A DNA stretch of 64,000 bases from Alphaproteobacteria bacterium. GTDB lineage: Bacteria; Pseudomonadota; Alphaproteobacteria; VGEJ01. Both the position numbers and the translations under genes were made by a program. The DNA is taken from positions 134,772 through 198,771 of the forward strand of contig CBDFKF010000001.1 in NCBI GenBank assembly GCA_965248765.1, read 5' to 3'. Positions 11,415 through 21,079 of the stretch are shown here, in pieces; position 1 is the first letter of the stretch; each line of letters opens with the position of its first letter. The notes under the pieces are model-generated. The model saw only the letters and a list, made by a program, of their open reading frames with translations, made no database searches and had not been told where the DNA came from.

Positions 11415-12518
11415 CTATTCGGCGGCGGCGGCGAAGGCGCCCGAGAACCTGGGCGCCACCTCGCGGGCGAACCGCTCCATCGACCGCCGCCGACTGTCGG
11501 TCGGTCGGTCGGGCTGTGCGGTGTTGATGGCAACTTGGGTAATGCCGATGTCTAGGTAGCGCTGCACCTGCGCCGCCACCTGATCAGGCGTACCAACCAA
11601 CTGGTTCTCGATAAAAGGCGGCAGGTTGGCCGGATCAGCCATCGCCTCCATCCGCCGCATTTGTTCGACGTTTCGCTCGTACGTCGGCACGTCCTTCCAC
11701 GGATTGGCGTGGGTCTCGTAGTGTTCAATCACGGCTCGGAAGAAGGCGACAAGATACGTCGTCGCCTCCTCGCGTGCCTCTTCTTCGCTATCAGCGATGA
11801 AGCAATGGATCCACAACGGGATGTTGGCGTCGGCATTCCCGCCTTTTGCCGCCGTAATCACCTTCCACACTTTGATCGCCTCGACGTTTTGCTGGAACGG
11901 CGAGGCGGAGGTGCAGAGCAGAAGGAGGCCCATCTCTGCCATGCGCTCAGCGGTTCCTGGGTTGTTGCACCCCCCGTACATGTGAATGCGATCACGCGCC
12001 GGCCCCGGCCGCAACGTCACCTCCCGTGGGATCGTGAAGTGTTTGCCCTCGTAGCGAAACGGCTCGCCACTCAAGAGGCCTGCGGTAACCTCGTAGCCCT
12101 CCTGGAACAGCTCGCGGGAGTGCGCCATGTCGATGTTGCGGGCATCGTACTCGATCTTGGCGACACCGCGCCCAAGGCCCAGGTGCACGTCGGCGTCGGT
12201 CATGAGACTCAGCATGGCCACTTCTTCGGCGAACCTGACGGGCTCGTACCACGGCAGCACGATGACCGCCGTCCCGAGACCAAGCCCAGGACACGCGGCT
12301 GCCACATGGCTCAGGAAAAACAGCGGGCTCGGTGAAGGGTAGTAGTCGGTGAAGTGGTGCTCCAGCGCCCACACGCTGCCGAAGCCGAGTGACTGCCCAA
12401 AGCGGCAGTCGTCCAAGACCTCGCCGTAACGCTGCTTGTCGCCGGCAGCGCCCTCGCGATCGGCCGGCATGACCGGCCCAACAGTGAATCCAAACGCGAC
12501 GTCGTTCGTCTCGGCCAT
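11415..12518 (-). CDS. LLM-class flavin-dependent oxidoreductase
   Basis: VWALEHHF, LGTAVIVLPW, LGLGRG. Confidence 0.9.
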   Translation of the reverse strand: MAETNDVAFGFTVGPVMPADREGAAGDKQRYGEVLDDCRFGQSLGFGSVWALEHHFTDYYPSPSPLFFLSHVAAACPGLGLGTAVIVLPWYEPVRFAEEVAMLSLMTDADVHLGLGRGVAKIEYDARNIDMAHSRELFQEGYEVTAGLLSGEPFRYEGKHFTIPREVTLRPGPARDRIHMYGGCNNPGTAERMAEMGLLLLCTSASPFQQNVEAIKVWKVITAAKGGNADANIPLWIHCFIADSEEEAREEATTYLVAFFRAVIEHYETHANPWKDVPTYERNVEQMRRMEAMADPANLPPFIENQLVGTPDQVAAQVQRYLDIGITQVAINTAQPDRPTDSRRRSMERFAREVAPRFSGAFAAAAE

Positions 12519-12784
12519 CGCTGACCTCCTAGCCCGAATCGCCCGCACCCTTGAGCTTGCACCCATGTTGTGGGCGCAGGCCCCCGGCGGTCAACCGCTT
12601 GGATTGCATGGCGCCCATGTCGCAGCCGTATCCGGTGCGGTGCCGGTCATCCCCCATTGTGGTCCAACCAGGGAGAAGAAGAAGGCCGGTTGAAGTTGAC
12701 GATGCCGAGACACAGACGCCAGACTGGCGCGGCGCCGCCGACCGGCGGCGTTCGACGTGGGGGCAACTCAGGGATGGTGCTGGG

Positions 12785-13222
12785 ATGGCAATGAACGCGA
12801 AGACGATGGCGCGCGGCAAGAAGATGCGGTGGGACATCATCGGCAAGGAGATCATGGACCCGATCTATGCGAACCTCGGTCCGGCCACGCGCGATCAGCA
12901 GGACTACGTCACTGAGTTCGCCTGGGGCGAGGTCTTCGCGCGGTCCGGTCTTCCGGCCAAGACCCGCATACTGCTCAACCTGGCGATGCTGACACAGCTC
13001 GGCGAGTGGCAGGTGCTGCGCTTCCACATCGGCGGAGCGCTGCGCCTGGGCTGCACACGAACCGAGATTCGCGAGACCCTCATCCAGACCAACACCTTCG
13101 CCGGCTTCGTCCGCTCGACCCTGGCGTGCGGCGTCGCCCAGGAGGTGTTCAAAGAGGCCGATGCCGCAAAGCGGGCGGTGGCCCGGACCCGAAGCAAGCC
13201 CAAGCGTCGGGCGAAACGCTAA
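12785..13222 (+). CDS. Carboxymuconolactone decarboxylase family protein
   Basis: EFAWGEVFARSGL, HIGGALRLGCTRTEIRE. Confidence 0.85.
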   Translation: MAMNAKTMARGKKMRWDIIGKEIMDPIYANLGPATRDQQDYVTEFAWGEVFARSGLPAKTRILLNLAMLTQLGEWQVLRFHIGGALRLGCTRTEIRETLIQTNTFAGFVRSTLACGVAQEVFKEADAAKRAVARTRSKPKRRAKR

Positions 13223-13227
13223 GCGGA

Positions 13228-14259
13228 CTATCCGCTGTGCAGTCTTAGGAGATCGGCAAGGATCGCATAGCCCGTCGGACCCGGCCCCGCGCCGGGCCCG
13301 ACGATCGTGATCTCGCCGAGGAGGTCGGTGGCGAAGGTGAGCGCGTTGGTCGCGCTACCGATCCCTGCCAGCGGATCGTCGAGCGCGAGCTGTCGTAGGG
13401 CGACCTCGCCGAGGATGCGGTCGCCCGAACGCCGGGCCGCACCAATCAGTTTGTAGCGGTGGCCCTCGCCTCGGGCGCGCTGGATGTCCGCGATAGTGAT
13501 CTCAGTAATCCCTTGGCACGCGACGTCACTGGGCTTGAGATCGCCCCCCATCAACGTATTCGCGAGGATCACGACCTTGGCGCGAGCATCGAAGCCCCTG
13601 ACGTCAGCGTCGGGCTTGGCCTCGGCATAGCCGGCCGCCTGGGCCTGGGCCAAAGCTTCGGCGTAGGCGACGCCTGCTTCCATCTCGCTGAGAATGTAGT
13701 TTGTGGTGCCGTTGAGAATTCCGCGCATCTCTCGAATCTCATTGCCCACGAAGCAGTGGCGCGCCAGGTTGAAGACAGGAGTTCCGCTCAGCACCGTCCC
13801 CTCGAAAAGGAACTGGGCCCCGTGCGCGACGGCGAGCGCGCCGAGCTCGCGATGCGCAAGCGCCACCGGCCCCTTGTTGCTCGTCACGATGCTCTTTCCC
13901 GCCTCCAGGGCCGCCCGGCAATGGGAAATTGCCGGCTCGCCCGTCTCTAGGTCCGTGTAGGCGAGCTCGGCGACCGTATCGGCATTGCATTCGCGGATCA
14001 TCGTGAGCGCATCCCAGTTTCGCGTAGCGTCCGCGAAACGCCCACGATCACGCACATCGCACAGCAACTGGCCGAGGTCGAGCCCATCAGGGTCGTAGAC
14101 CGTGCCCCACCGAAGGTCGCTCACGGCGACGACGTCGCAGCGAAAGCCGTTCGCCATCTCGAGTGCCGCCTGCTTGTCGCGCAGGATCTCGCAAAGCGCC
14201 TGCCCGACGACACCGAATCCGACCAGCGCGAGACGTATTTTCTTGGGTTGTGTGGCCAC
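13228..14259 (-). CDS. Homoserine dehydrogenase (short form)
   Basis: GFGVVG, VTSNKGP, GILNGTTNYIL, GPGAG. Confidence 0.92.
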   Translation of the reverse strand: MATQPKKIRLALVGFGVVGQALCEILRDKQAALEMANGFRCDVVAVSDLRWGTVYDPDGLDLGQLLCDVRDRGRFADATRNWDALTMIRECNADTVAELAYTDLETGEPAISHCRAALEAGKSIVTSNKGPVALAHRELGALAVAHGAQFLFEGTVLSGTPVFNLARHCFVGNEIREMRGILNGTTNYILSEMEAGVAYAEALAQAQAAGYAEAKPDADVRGFDARAKVVILANTLMGGDLKPSDVACQGITEITIADIQRARGEGHRYKLIGAARRSGDRILGEVALRQLALDDPLAGIGSATNALTFATDLLGEITIVGPGAGPGPTGYAILADLLRLHSG

Positions 14260-14434
14260 GGCGAGCCGAGTGCTGTGAGGTACTGAGGCCGGATCGTAGG
14301 CGGCCGTCGAGTGAAGGCCAACCCCAACGATCGGGGCGCTAGTCGCTTTGCACAGACGCGAGAATCGTGCGACTGACTAGGCGCCGCCGCGATCGCGGCT
14401 CATCACCCCCCGCCGACGCCGCAAACCTCGCGCG

Positions 14435-15325
14435 ATGATGAGCACCGCCGCCCTTTACCTCGCCATCGTCCTGTTCTGGGGAACTCTTTTCTTCGCGGTG
14501 ACATTCCAGGTCGACGCGGTCGCGCCAGAGGTGTCCGTGGCCTACCGCTTTGCGCTGGCTGGCGTGCTCGTCCTTGCGTGGTGCGTATGGCGCAGGCGGC
14601 GCCTTGTTTTCACCTGGCGCCAGCATTTGTTGTTAGCGCTCCAGGGCGTGATCATGTTCTCGCTGACCGATCTCTTGCTCTACAACGCCATTCGCTTCAT
14701 CTCGAGCGGACTCGTTGCTCTGATCCTCAGCACGCTGCCCATCATGAACATCCTGTTCGCCGCGCTGTTGTTGGGGATGCCGATCCGCCCGGTGGTTTTG
14801 GCCGGTGCGTTGATGGGCCTCGCCGGCATCGCCATGGTGTTCTGGCGCGACCTCGCCGCATTCGATTTGTCGAGCCCCGGGCTCATCGGCTTCGTCCTTT
14901 GCCTGGGGACAACCGCAGCAGGCTCGCTCGCGCAGATCCTGTCCGCACGCAATCAGCGGGCTGGCATACCTGTGGTTGAGACCGTGGGCTTCTGTATGCT
15001 CTACGGAGCCGGCTTTTCCACGATCGTATGCCTGTGGCTCGGCCGCTCGTTTACGTGGGACTGGTCAGCCGCATACGTCGTTTCATTTGTTTACATCCTA
15101 TTGCCCTGCACGCTGTTCGCCTGGACGTTCTACCTGGTCGTCCTCGGTCGGATCGGCCCCGACCGCTCCGCCTACGTCAATATCCTCGCCCCGATCGTCG
15201 CGCTGGCCATCTCGACTTTGTTCGAGGACTTCCGCTGGACCGGCCTCTCGCTTGCCGGTGCCGCCGCGATCCTCGGCGGCAGCCTGCTGATCCTCACGAG
15301 CTTCCGCCGCCCCGTCGCAGCCTAG
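14435..15325 (+). CDS. DMT/EamA family transporter
   Basis: About 10 hydrophobic helices, WGT and RF motifs. Confidence 0.9.
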   Translation: MMSTAALYLAIVLFWGTLFFAVTFQVDAVAPEVSVAYRFALAGVLVLAWCVWRRRRLVFTWRQHLLLALQGVIMFSLTDLLLYNAIRFISSGLVALILSTLPIMNILFAALLLGMPIRPVVLAGALMGLAGIAMVFWRDLAAFDLSSPGLIGFVLCLGTTAAGSLAQILSARNQRAGIPVVETVGFCMLYGAGFSTIVCLWLGRSFTWDWSAAYVVSFVYILLPCTLFAWTFYLVVLGRIGPDRSAYVNILAPIVALAISTLFEDFRWTGLSLAGAAAILGGSLLILTSFRRPVAA

Positions 15326-15396
15326 GCGCTTACCGAGACCGGCGGTGCCTGCGAACACGAGCTCGCGTACTCCCGCCCGCGTGTTAGCCTCAGGTC

Positions 15397-16162
15397 ATGC
15401 GTCTGGTGGTCGCCATGATTCTGGCCATCGTCACCTTCAGCTCAGCGGCCACCGCAAGCGGGGTTTGGCGTGCCGGACAAATCCCATCGGATCCGGCAAT
15501 CCGCCTGCTCATTCTGATCCATCAGTTTGAGAGAGTGGTCCTAAGTGCTCCTGAGGGGTTGCTGCACGCCGTTTGGCGCTATGAGACGCCGCTCAGCTAC
15601 GCCCTCGTTAGCGACGATGACGATGCGCTCGCGATCTACGGTCCGGTGATCGAACGGCGCATGGAGCTGTTGGCAGAGCTCACCGGGCGATCGATAACGA
15701 AATCCCCGGTCGCGGCTGCAACGGTCCGTATCGGCCTAGTCCCCGGCCCCGAGGTCTCGCGATTCGTGCGTACGCAAACTTGATATCAGCCGGGACCCCG
15801 AGGCCGGCGCGGTACCCCTGCGCTGCTATGGACTTGCTTTGAACAGCGAGGATGGGGAACTTGGGCGGGCGGCCGTCGCTGTTGCTACCGACTATCCCAG
15901 TCGTGTCATTCGACACTGCATTGCGCAGGAATTGACGCTATTCGTGGGCCTGGTCGGCTGGAGCTGCTTCATTCGGCCGTCGATCTTTTGCCAAGAAGAT
16001 CTGTTGCCAGAGCTCCCCTGGTACGACCGGCTCATGATTCGCGTGCTTTACGATCCAGACCTACCGGCCGGTACGCCCCGCAAGGAAGCGCTAGCCACCG
16101 CGCGCGAAGTCATCGCCAGCTACCTTGTAAACGAGCCACCCCCAGGTGATGTATCGCCCTGA
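15397..16162 (+). pseudogene. DUF2927-like exported protein, copy 1, +1 frameshift near 15778
   Basis: ORFs 15397-15783 and 15839-16162 align end to end with copy 2 if one A is removed from CAAACTT. Confidence 0.8.
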
Positions 16163-16416
16163 ACATCCGCTCGTATACCTACTCCCAGAGTGGGTGTCTT
16201 TCCGGTGTACGGCGAACTGCCCAGCCAAACAGGTATCGCAGCGAGCAAATCGAAGATCCAGTGTCGAGGCTCTGTGAATTCCGCGAGTCCGTGAAGGTCA
16301 GCCTGCTGATCCTCACGAGCTTCCGCCGCCCCGTCGCAGCCTAGGCGCTTACCAAGACCGGGCGGTGCCTGCGAACACGAGCTCGCGTACTCCCGCCCGC
16401 GTGTTAGCCTCAGGTC

Positions 16417-17181
16417 ATGCGTCTGGTGGTCGCCATGATTCTAGCCATCGTCACCTTCAGCTCAGCGGCCACCGCAAGCGGGGTTTGGCGTGCCGGACAA
16501 ATCCCGGCCGATCCCGAAATCCGCCTACTCATCCTGATCCATCAGTTTGAGAGAGTGGCATTGCACGCCCCGGAGGGGCTCTTACCCGTGATCTCGCGTT
16601 ACGAGAGTCCGCTCAGCTACGCTCTCGTTAGCGACGACCGCGATGCCCTGGCGATTTACGGTCCCGTGATTGAGCGACGCATGGAGCAGTTGGCCGAGCT
16701 CACGGGGCAATCCGCGACGAAATCACCGGCAGCGACCGCGACCGTCAATATCAGTTTGGTCCCGGCTGTCGATGTGTCACGATTTGTTGACGGGCATCTC
16801 GATCTTGGCCCTGACCCCGAGACTGATGGGATGTCGTTTCATTGCTATGGCTTCGCCCTCTCGGGCGAACACGCTCAGCTGGAGCGGGCGGCCGTCGCCT
16901 TCGCTACCGACATAATCAGCCGCTTTATTCGGCACTGTATCGCGCGGGAACTCACGAGACTCGTAGGCCTGGCCGGTTCAAGTTGCTTCATTCGGCCATC
17001 GATCTTTTGCCCGGACGACTTGCTGCTGGAGCTCGCCTGGTACGATCGGCTGATGATTCGGGTGCTCTACCATCCAGACCTGCGGGCCGGTACACCCCGC
17101 AAGGAGGCGCTAGCCACTGCCCGCCAAGTCATCGCCAGCTACCTTGTAAACGAGCCACCCCCAGGTGATGTATCGCCCTGA
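16417..17181 (+). CDS. DUF2927-like exported protein, copy 2 (intact)
   Basis: Signal peptide; RHCIARELT, RPSIF, DRLMIRVLYHPDLRAG resemble the DUF2927 C-terminus. Confidence 0.75.
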   Translation: MRLVVAMILAIVTFSSAATASGVWRAGQIPADPEIRLLILIHQFERVALHAPEGLLPVISRYESPLSYALVSDDRDALAIYGPVIERRMEQLAELTGQSATKSPAATATVNISLVPAVDVSRFVDGHLDLGPDPETDGMSFHCYGFALSGEHAQLERAAVAFATDIISRFIRHCIARELTRLVGLAGSSCFIRPSIFCPDDLLLELAWYDRLMIRVLYHPDLRAGTPRKEALATARQVIASYLVNEPPPGDVSP

Positions 17182-17867
17182 ACATCCGCTCGTATACCTA
17201 CTCCCAGGGTGGGTGTCTTTCCGGTGTACGGCGAACTCCCCAGCCAAACAGGTATCGCGGCGAGCAAGTCGAAGATCCAATGTCGTGGCTCGGTGAATTC
17301 CGCGAGTCCGTGAAGGTCAGCCGGGTCGCTGAAATCGCCTCCAGTTACACGCTCCACTGCCTGGCGATCAGCTTCCGTCACCTCCGAGGCGAGCTGATTC
17401 CGCATCTTCTGCGCCTTGAGAGCGTGCGGACGGATGTTGGCCTTTGCCTGAGGCGTGAGCTGTAAGGGCGGCTGCCTCGCCTCGCTAGAGCCATCATCGC
17501 CATCCAATCCGGGTTGCGCCAGTGCCAACAGGGCCAATAGCCCGTCGGCCGCCGCGAGATCCGATCTTGAAGGCCGCGCCCGCGGTGCGGCGGTCGGTAT
17601 CGTCTCCAAGGGGCGGCGGGCCGCCTGCCCCGGATTGGCGGTCCCACGCGATGCGGACGGCGCTGCGGTTGGTAGGTCTTCGAAGGGACTGCGCGTCGTC
17701 CGGCCCAGATCGTCAGCGCCGCTCCCGCCTATCAGGCCGCTAGATTCGCCATTGCCGTCGAAATCGGTCGGCGTGAACATGCGTCGCTCACGATCCCGGG
17801 CGCCGAGCTTGGCGCGTACCTGCCTGCGTCTAATCTCATCGAGCAGCCGCGGATCGATCTCATACAC
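17139..17867 (-). CDS. Hypothetical protein, low-complexity centre, convergent overlap with DUF2927-like gene
   Basis: GGGAGGG RBS before GTG at 17867; 242 aa open frame; AT-rich upstream region. Confidence 0.55.
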   Translation of the reverse strand: MYEIDPRLLDEIRRRQVRAKLGARDRERRMFTPTDFDGNGESSGLIGGSGADDLGRTTRSPFEDLPTAAPSASRGTANPGQAARRPLETIPTAAPRARPSRSDLAAADGLLALLALAQPGLDGDDGSSEARQPPLQLTPQAKANIRPHALKAQKMRNQLASEVTEADRQAVERVTGGDFSDPADLHGLAEFTEPRHWIFDLLAAIPVWLGSSPYTGKTPTLGVGIRADVQGDTSPGGGSFTR

Positions 17868-18106
17868 CAGCGAGCCCTCCCGCCGCTTCGGGACTGCTAC
17901 CCAGACCCAGAATGTTGGCATTCCTCATCGCTATGTCCTCCCACGCCCACATATATCATATATATGTTACATATTAGCAACCGCGATTGCTTGTGTCGAG
18001 GACGAATACCGCTATAACGCTGTGAGGTCGGTCCGAGCCAGCTATCGCCGCCAGGATCGGCAGAACATCAATATGTGATGTTCTGCGTTGGAGGACGGGT
18101 GTGGCG

Positions 18107-19102
18107 TCAGGCGCTGAGGTCGACGACCGTCCGGCCGCGGACGCGACCCTTGAGAATCTCGCTAGCGAGATCCGGCAATGCTGCCAACGGCGCGATGTTG
18201 GTCATGACCTTTAGCTTGTCCTTGGGCAGATCGCGGGCGAGGCGACCCCACGCCTCCTTGCGGGCGGCCAAGGGCGCGGCCGGCGAGTTGATGCCGATCA
18301 GGCTCACGCCACGCAGGATGAACGGCAGGACGGTCGTCGCCAGCTCGATGCCGGCGGCGTTCCCGCAGGCCGCGACCGCCCCGTTCTCGCCGGTTTGGCG
18401 TAGCACCGAGGCGAGCGGCGCGCCGCCGACCGAATCGATGGCGCCGGCAAACCGCCCCTTTTCGAGCGGCCGGTCCGAGGCCGCGGCCAGCTCTTCGCGG
18501 GCGATGATCTCCGAGGCCCCGAGATCGCCGAGATACGCATGAACCTCCGCCCGCCCGGTGCTCGCGGCAACCCTGTAGCCGAGCGCGGCCAACAGGGCCA
18601 CGGCCATGCTGCCGACGCCACCCGCCGCCCCGGTCACGACGACCGGCGAATCGCCCGGCGCCACTCCGTGCCGCTCGAGCGCCATCACGCTCAGCATCGC
18701 CGTCAGGCCAGCCGTGCCGATCGCCATCGCCTCGCGCAAATCCAGACCGTCGGGCAGACGCGTTAGCCATTCCGCCTGCACCCGCGCCTTCTGGGCGAAG
18801 CCACCCCAATGGCTCTCGCCAAGGCCCCAGCCGGTGGCCAGCACACGATCGCCGGACGCGTAATCCGGTGACGTCGATTCCTCGACGGTCCCGGCGAGAT
18901 CGATCCCGGGCACCATCGGAAGGCGGCGGAGGATGCGGGCCTTGTTGCCGTCGATCGCCAGGCCGTCCTTGTAATTGAGGCTCGAGTACGCGACCGCGAC
19001 CGTCACCTCGCCATCTGGCAGGTCGGCAACAGCAACGTCTTTGACACCGACCGTAAACCCGCCGTCGTCCTCGGCGACCAGCGCCTTGAAAGTGGCGGCC
19101 AT
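18107..19102 (-). CDS. acuI: Acryloyl-CoA reductase, AcuI/YhdH family (MDR)
   Basis: YSSLNYKDGLA, PGIDLAG, GTAGLTA, TGAAGGVGS, PFILRGV. Confidence 0.85.
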   Translation of the reverse strand: MAATFKALVAEDDGGFTVGVKDVAVADLPDGEVTVAVAYSSLNYKDGLAIDGNKARILRRLPMVPGIDLAGTVEESTSPDYASGDRVLATGWGLGESHWGGFAQKARVQAEWLTRLPDGLDLREAMAIGTAGLTAMLSVMALERHGVAPGDSPVVVTGAAGGVGSMAVALLAALGYRVAASTGRAEVHAYLGDLGASEIIAREELAAASDRPLEKGRFAGAIDSVGGAPLASVLRQTGENGAVAACGNAAGIELATTVLPFILRGVSLIGINSPAAPLAARKEAWGRLARDLPKDKLKVMTNIAPLAALPDLASEILKGRVRGRTVVDLSA

Positions 19103-19110
19103 GGGTGCGG

Positions 19111-20277
19111 CTAGCGCAGCGCCTCGAGGACCGAGGCGTAATTCGCGACCATTGCCCCGCCCATATTGAAGACTGCCGCGAGTTGCGCATCGGGCACCTG
19201 GATGGCACCGGCAGTACCTGTGACCTGCCGCGCGGCCAGCACGTGCATGCTGACCCCTGTCGCGCCGACCGGGTGCCCCTTGGCCTTGAGGCCGCCAGAG
19301 GGGTTGATCGGCAGGCGCCCGTCCTTCTCGGTCCAGCCCTCCTCGATCGCTCGCGCCCCCTCGCCTTCCGGGGTCAAGCCGATCGCCTCGTACTCCAGAA
19401 GCTCGGCGACGGTGAAACAGTCGTGCACCTCGGCGAGGCTCAGATCGTCGAGCCCGATGCCGGCCTGCGCGAGCGCGCGCTGCCAGGCGAGCCTCGGCGC
19501 CTCCATCGCCAGCACGTCACGCTTCGACATCGGCAGGATATCGTTGACGTGCTGGGCGGCCCGGAACACCACCGCCTTTTTCATGCCGAGCGCGGTGTCG
19601 ACATCGGTGAGCACGGCGGCGGCGGCCCCATCCGCGACGGTCGAGCAATCGGTGCGCTTGAGCGGCGCGGCGACGATCGGGTTCTTGTCCGATTCGGTGC
19701 GGCAGAACTCGAAACCGAGGTCCTTCTGCAGGTGCGCCAGCGGATTGACCGAGCCGTTGCGGTGGTTCTTGGCGGCGATGCGGGCGAGCGCATCGCTCTG
19801 ATCGCCATATTTCTGAAAGTAGCGCTGCGCGAGCTGACCGAAGATGCCTGGGAAACTCAGCCCCTCGCCGGCCTCCTCCTTGTAGTAGCTCGCCTTGGCG
19901 AGCGAGTCCGTCACCCGATCGAGGCTCGCCGCCGTCATCTTCTCGACGCCGACTACGAGCGCGAGGCGGCTCCGTCCCGCGCGAATCGCGTCGATCGCAC
20001 CGTACATCGCGGCCGAGCCCGAGGCGCACGCGTTCTCGAACCGAGTCGCCGGCGTGAAGCGCATCGCCTCATCCACCTGCAGCACCAGTGAAGCGGCGAA
20101 GTCTTGGTTCTCCATCCCGGCGTTGAAGGTGCCGAGGAAGATTTCGTCGATGTCGCCCGGCCCGACCCCGGCGTCCGCAATGGCATCCGCCGCGGCGGTG
20201 GTGACCAGCGCCTCGAGGTCCATGTCGTCGAGCTTGCCGAAGCGGGTGTGGCTCCAGCCCACCATGCAGACGCTCAT
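19111..20277 (-). CDS. Thiolase-family acetyl-CoA acetyltransferase
   Basis: ENACASG, EVHDCF, NPSGGLKAKGHPVGATG. Confidence 0.92.
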   Translation of the reverse strand: MSVCMVGWSHTRFGKLDDMDLEALVTTAAADAIADAGVGPGDIDEIFLGTFNAGMENQDFAASLVLQVDEAMRFTPATRFENACASGSAAMYGAIDAIRAGRSRLALVVGVEKMTAASLDRVTDSLAKASYYKEEAGEGLSFPGIFGQLAQRYFQKYGDQSDALARIAAKNHRNGSVNPLAHLQKDLGFEFCRTESDKNPIVAAPLKRTDCSTVADGAAAAVLTDVDTALGMKKAVVFRAAQHVNDILPMSKRDVLAMEAPRLAWQRALAQAGIGLDDLSLAEVHDCFTVAELLEYEAIGLTPEGEGARAIEEGWTEKDGRLPINPSGGLKAKGHPVGATGVSMHVLAARQVTGTAGAIQVPDAQLAAVFNMGGAMVANYASVLEALR

Positions 20278-20497
20278 ATCGCGCTCCTGTTCCTAACGTG
20301 AGTGCGCGGCGCACCATGCTGCGACCCGCCGCAACCTAGCAGATGTGATGGGCCTAACCGAGTGCGACATGGGATCGACCGTTCAGAGGTCAACTTGCAT
20401 GCGTCACGGCCACCCCTCGTTGCTTGACTTTCATGGGGCTCGGGCAAACAGTGCGCCCGAGCGCAAGGCCCTGACCGAGCGTGAGATTCGCGGCGTC

Positions 20498-21079
20498 GTG
20501 ATCCATAAGACCGCTTCCATCCACCCGACTGCCTGCATCGACGAGCCGGTGGAAATCGGCGCTGGTGCCCGCATCTGGCATTTCTGCCACGTGCTCGCGG
20601 GCTCGCGCATCGGCCGCGATTGCGTCATCGGCCAGAACGTGATGATCGGGCCCGATGTGGAGATCGGCGATCGCTGCAAAATCCAGAACAACGTCAGCGT
20701 CTATCCCGGCGTTACGCTGGAGGACGGCGTGTTCTGCGGACCGAGCTGCGTTTTCACCAACGTGATCAACCCGCGCGCCGAGATCGAACGCAAGGACGAG
20801 TTCCGACCGACCGTGGTGCGTCGCGGGGCGACCATCGGCGCCAACGCCACCATCGTCTGCGGGGTCACGCTCGGGGCGTGGTGCCTGATCGGCGCCGGCG
20901 CCGTCATCGTCCGCGACGTCCCCGCCTTCGCCCTCATGGCCGGCGTACCGGCCCGGCGCATCGGCTGGGTTTCCCGCGCGGGCGAGACTCTGGGCCCGGA
21001 TCTCGTGTGCCCGCGCACCGGCGAGCGGTATGCGCTGAGCGCCAACGAGACGCTGGTCGAAGCCGAAACGGCCGCCTGA
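20498..21079 (+). CDS. Sugar N-acetyltransferase, WbpD/WlbB-like (hexapeptide repeat); start uncertain
   Basis: [32 protein letters not shown]. Confidence 0.88.
   Translation: MIHKTASIHPTACIDEPVEIGAGARIWHFCHVLAGSRIGRDCVIGQNVMIGPDVEIGDRCKIQNNVSVYPGVTLEDGVFCGPSCVFTNVINPRAEIERKDEFRPTVVRRGATIGANATIVCGVTLGAWCLIGAGAVIVRDVPAFALMAGVPARRIGWVSRAGETLGPDLVCPRTGERYALSANETLVEAETAA

Larger units (their letters stand above)
15280..17322. repeat. Tandem direct duplication, unit 1,019 bp
   Basis: Units begin at 15280 and 16299; CAGCC at 15280, 16299 and 17318; near-identical flanks, diverged centre. Confidence 0.92.

Noticed and set aside
15280-17322. Diversity-generating retroelement (TR/VR pair)
   Set aside because: Differences are not adenine-specific, span most of the gene and include many synonymous changes; no reverse transcriptase in the window.
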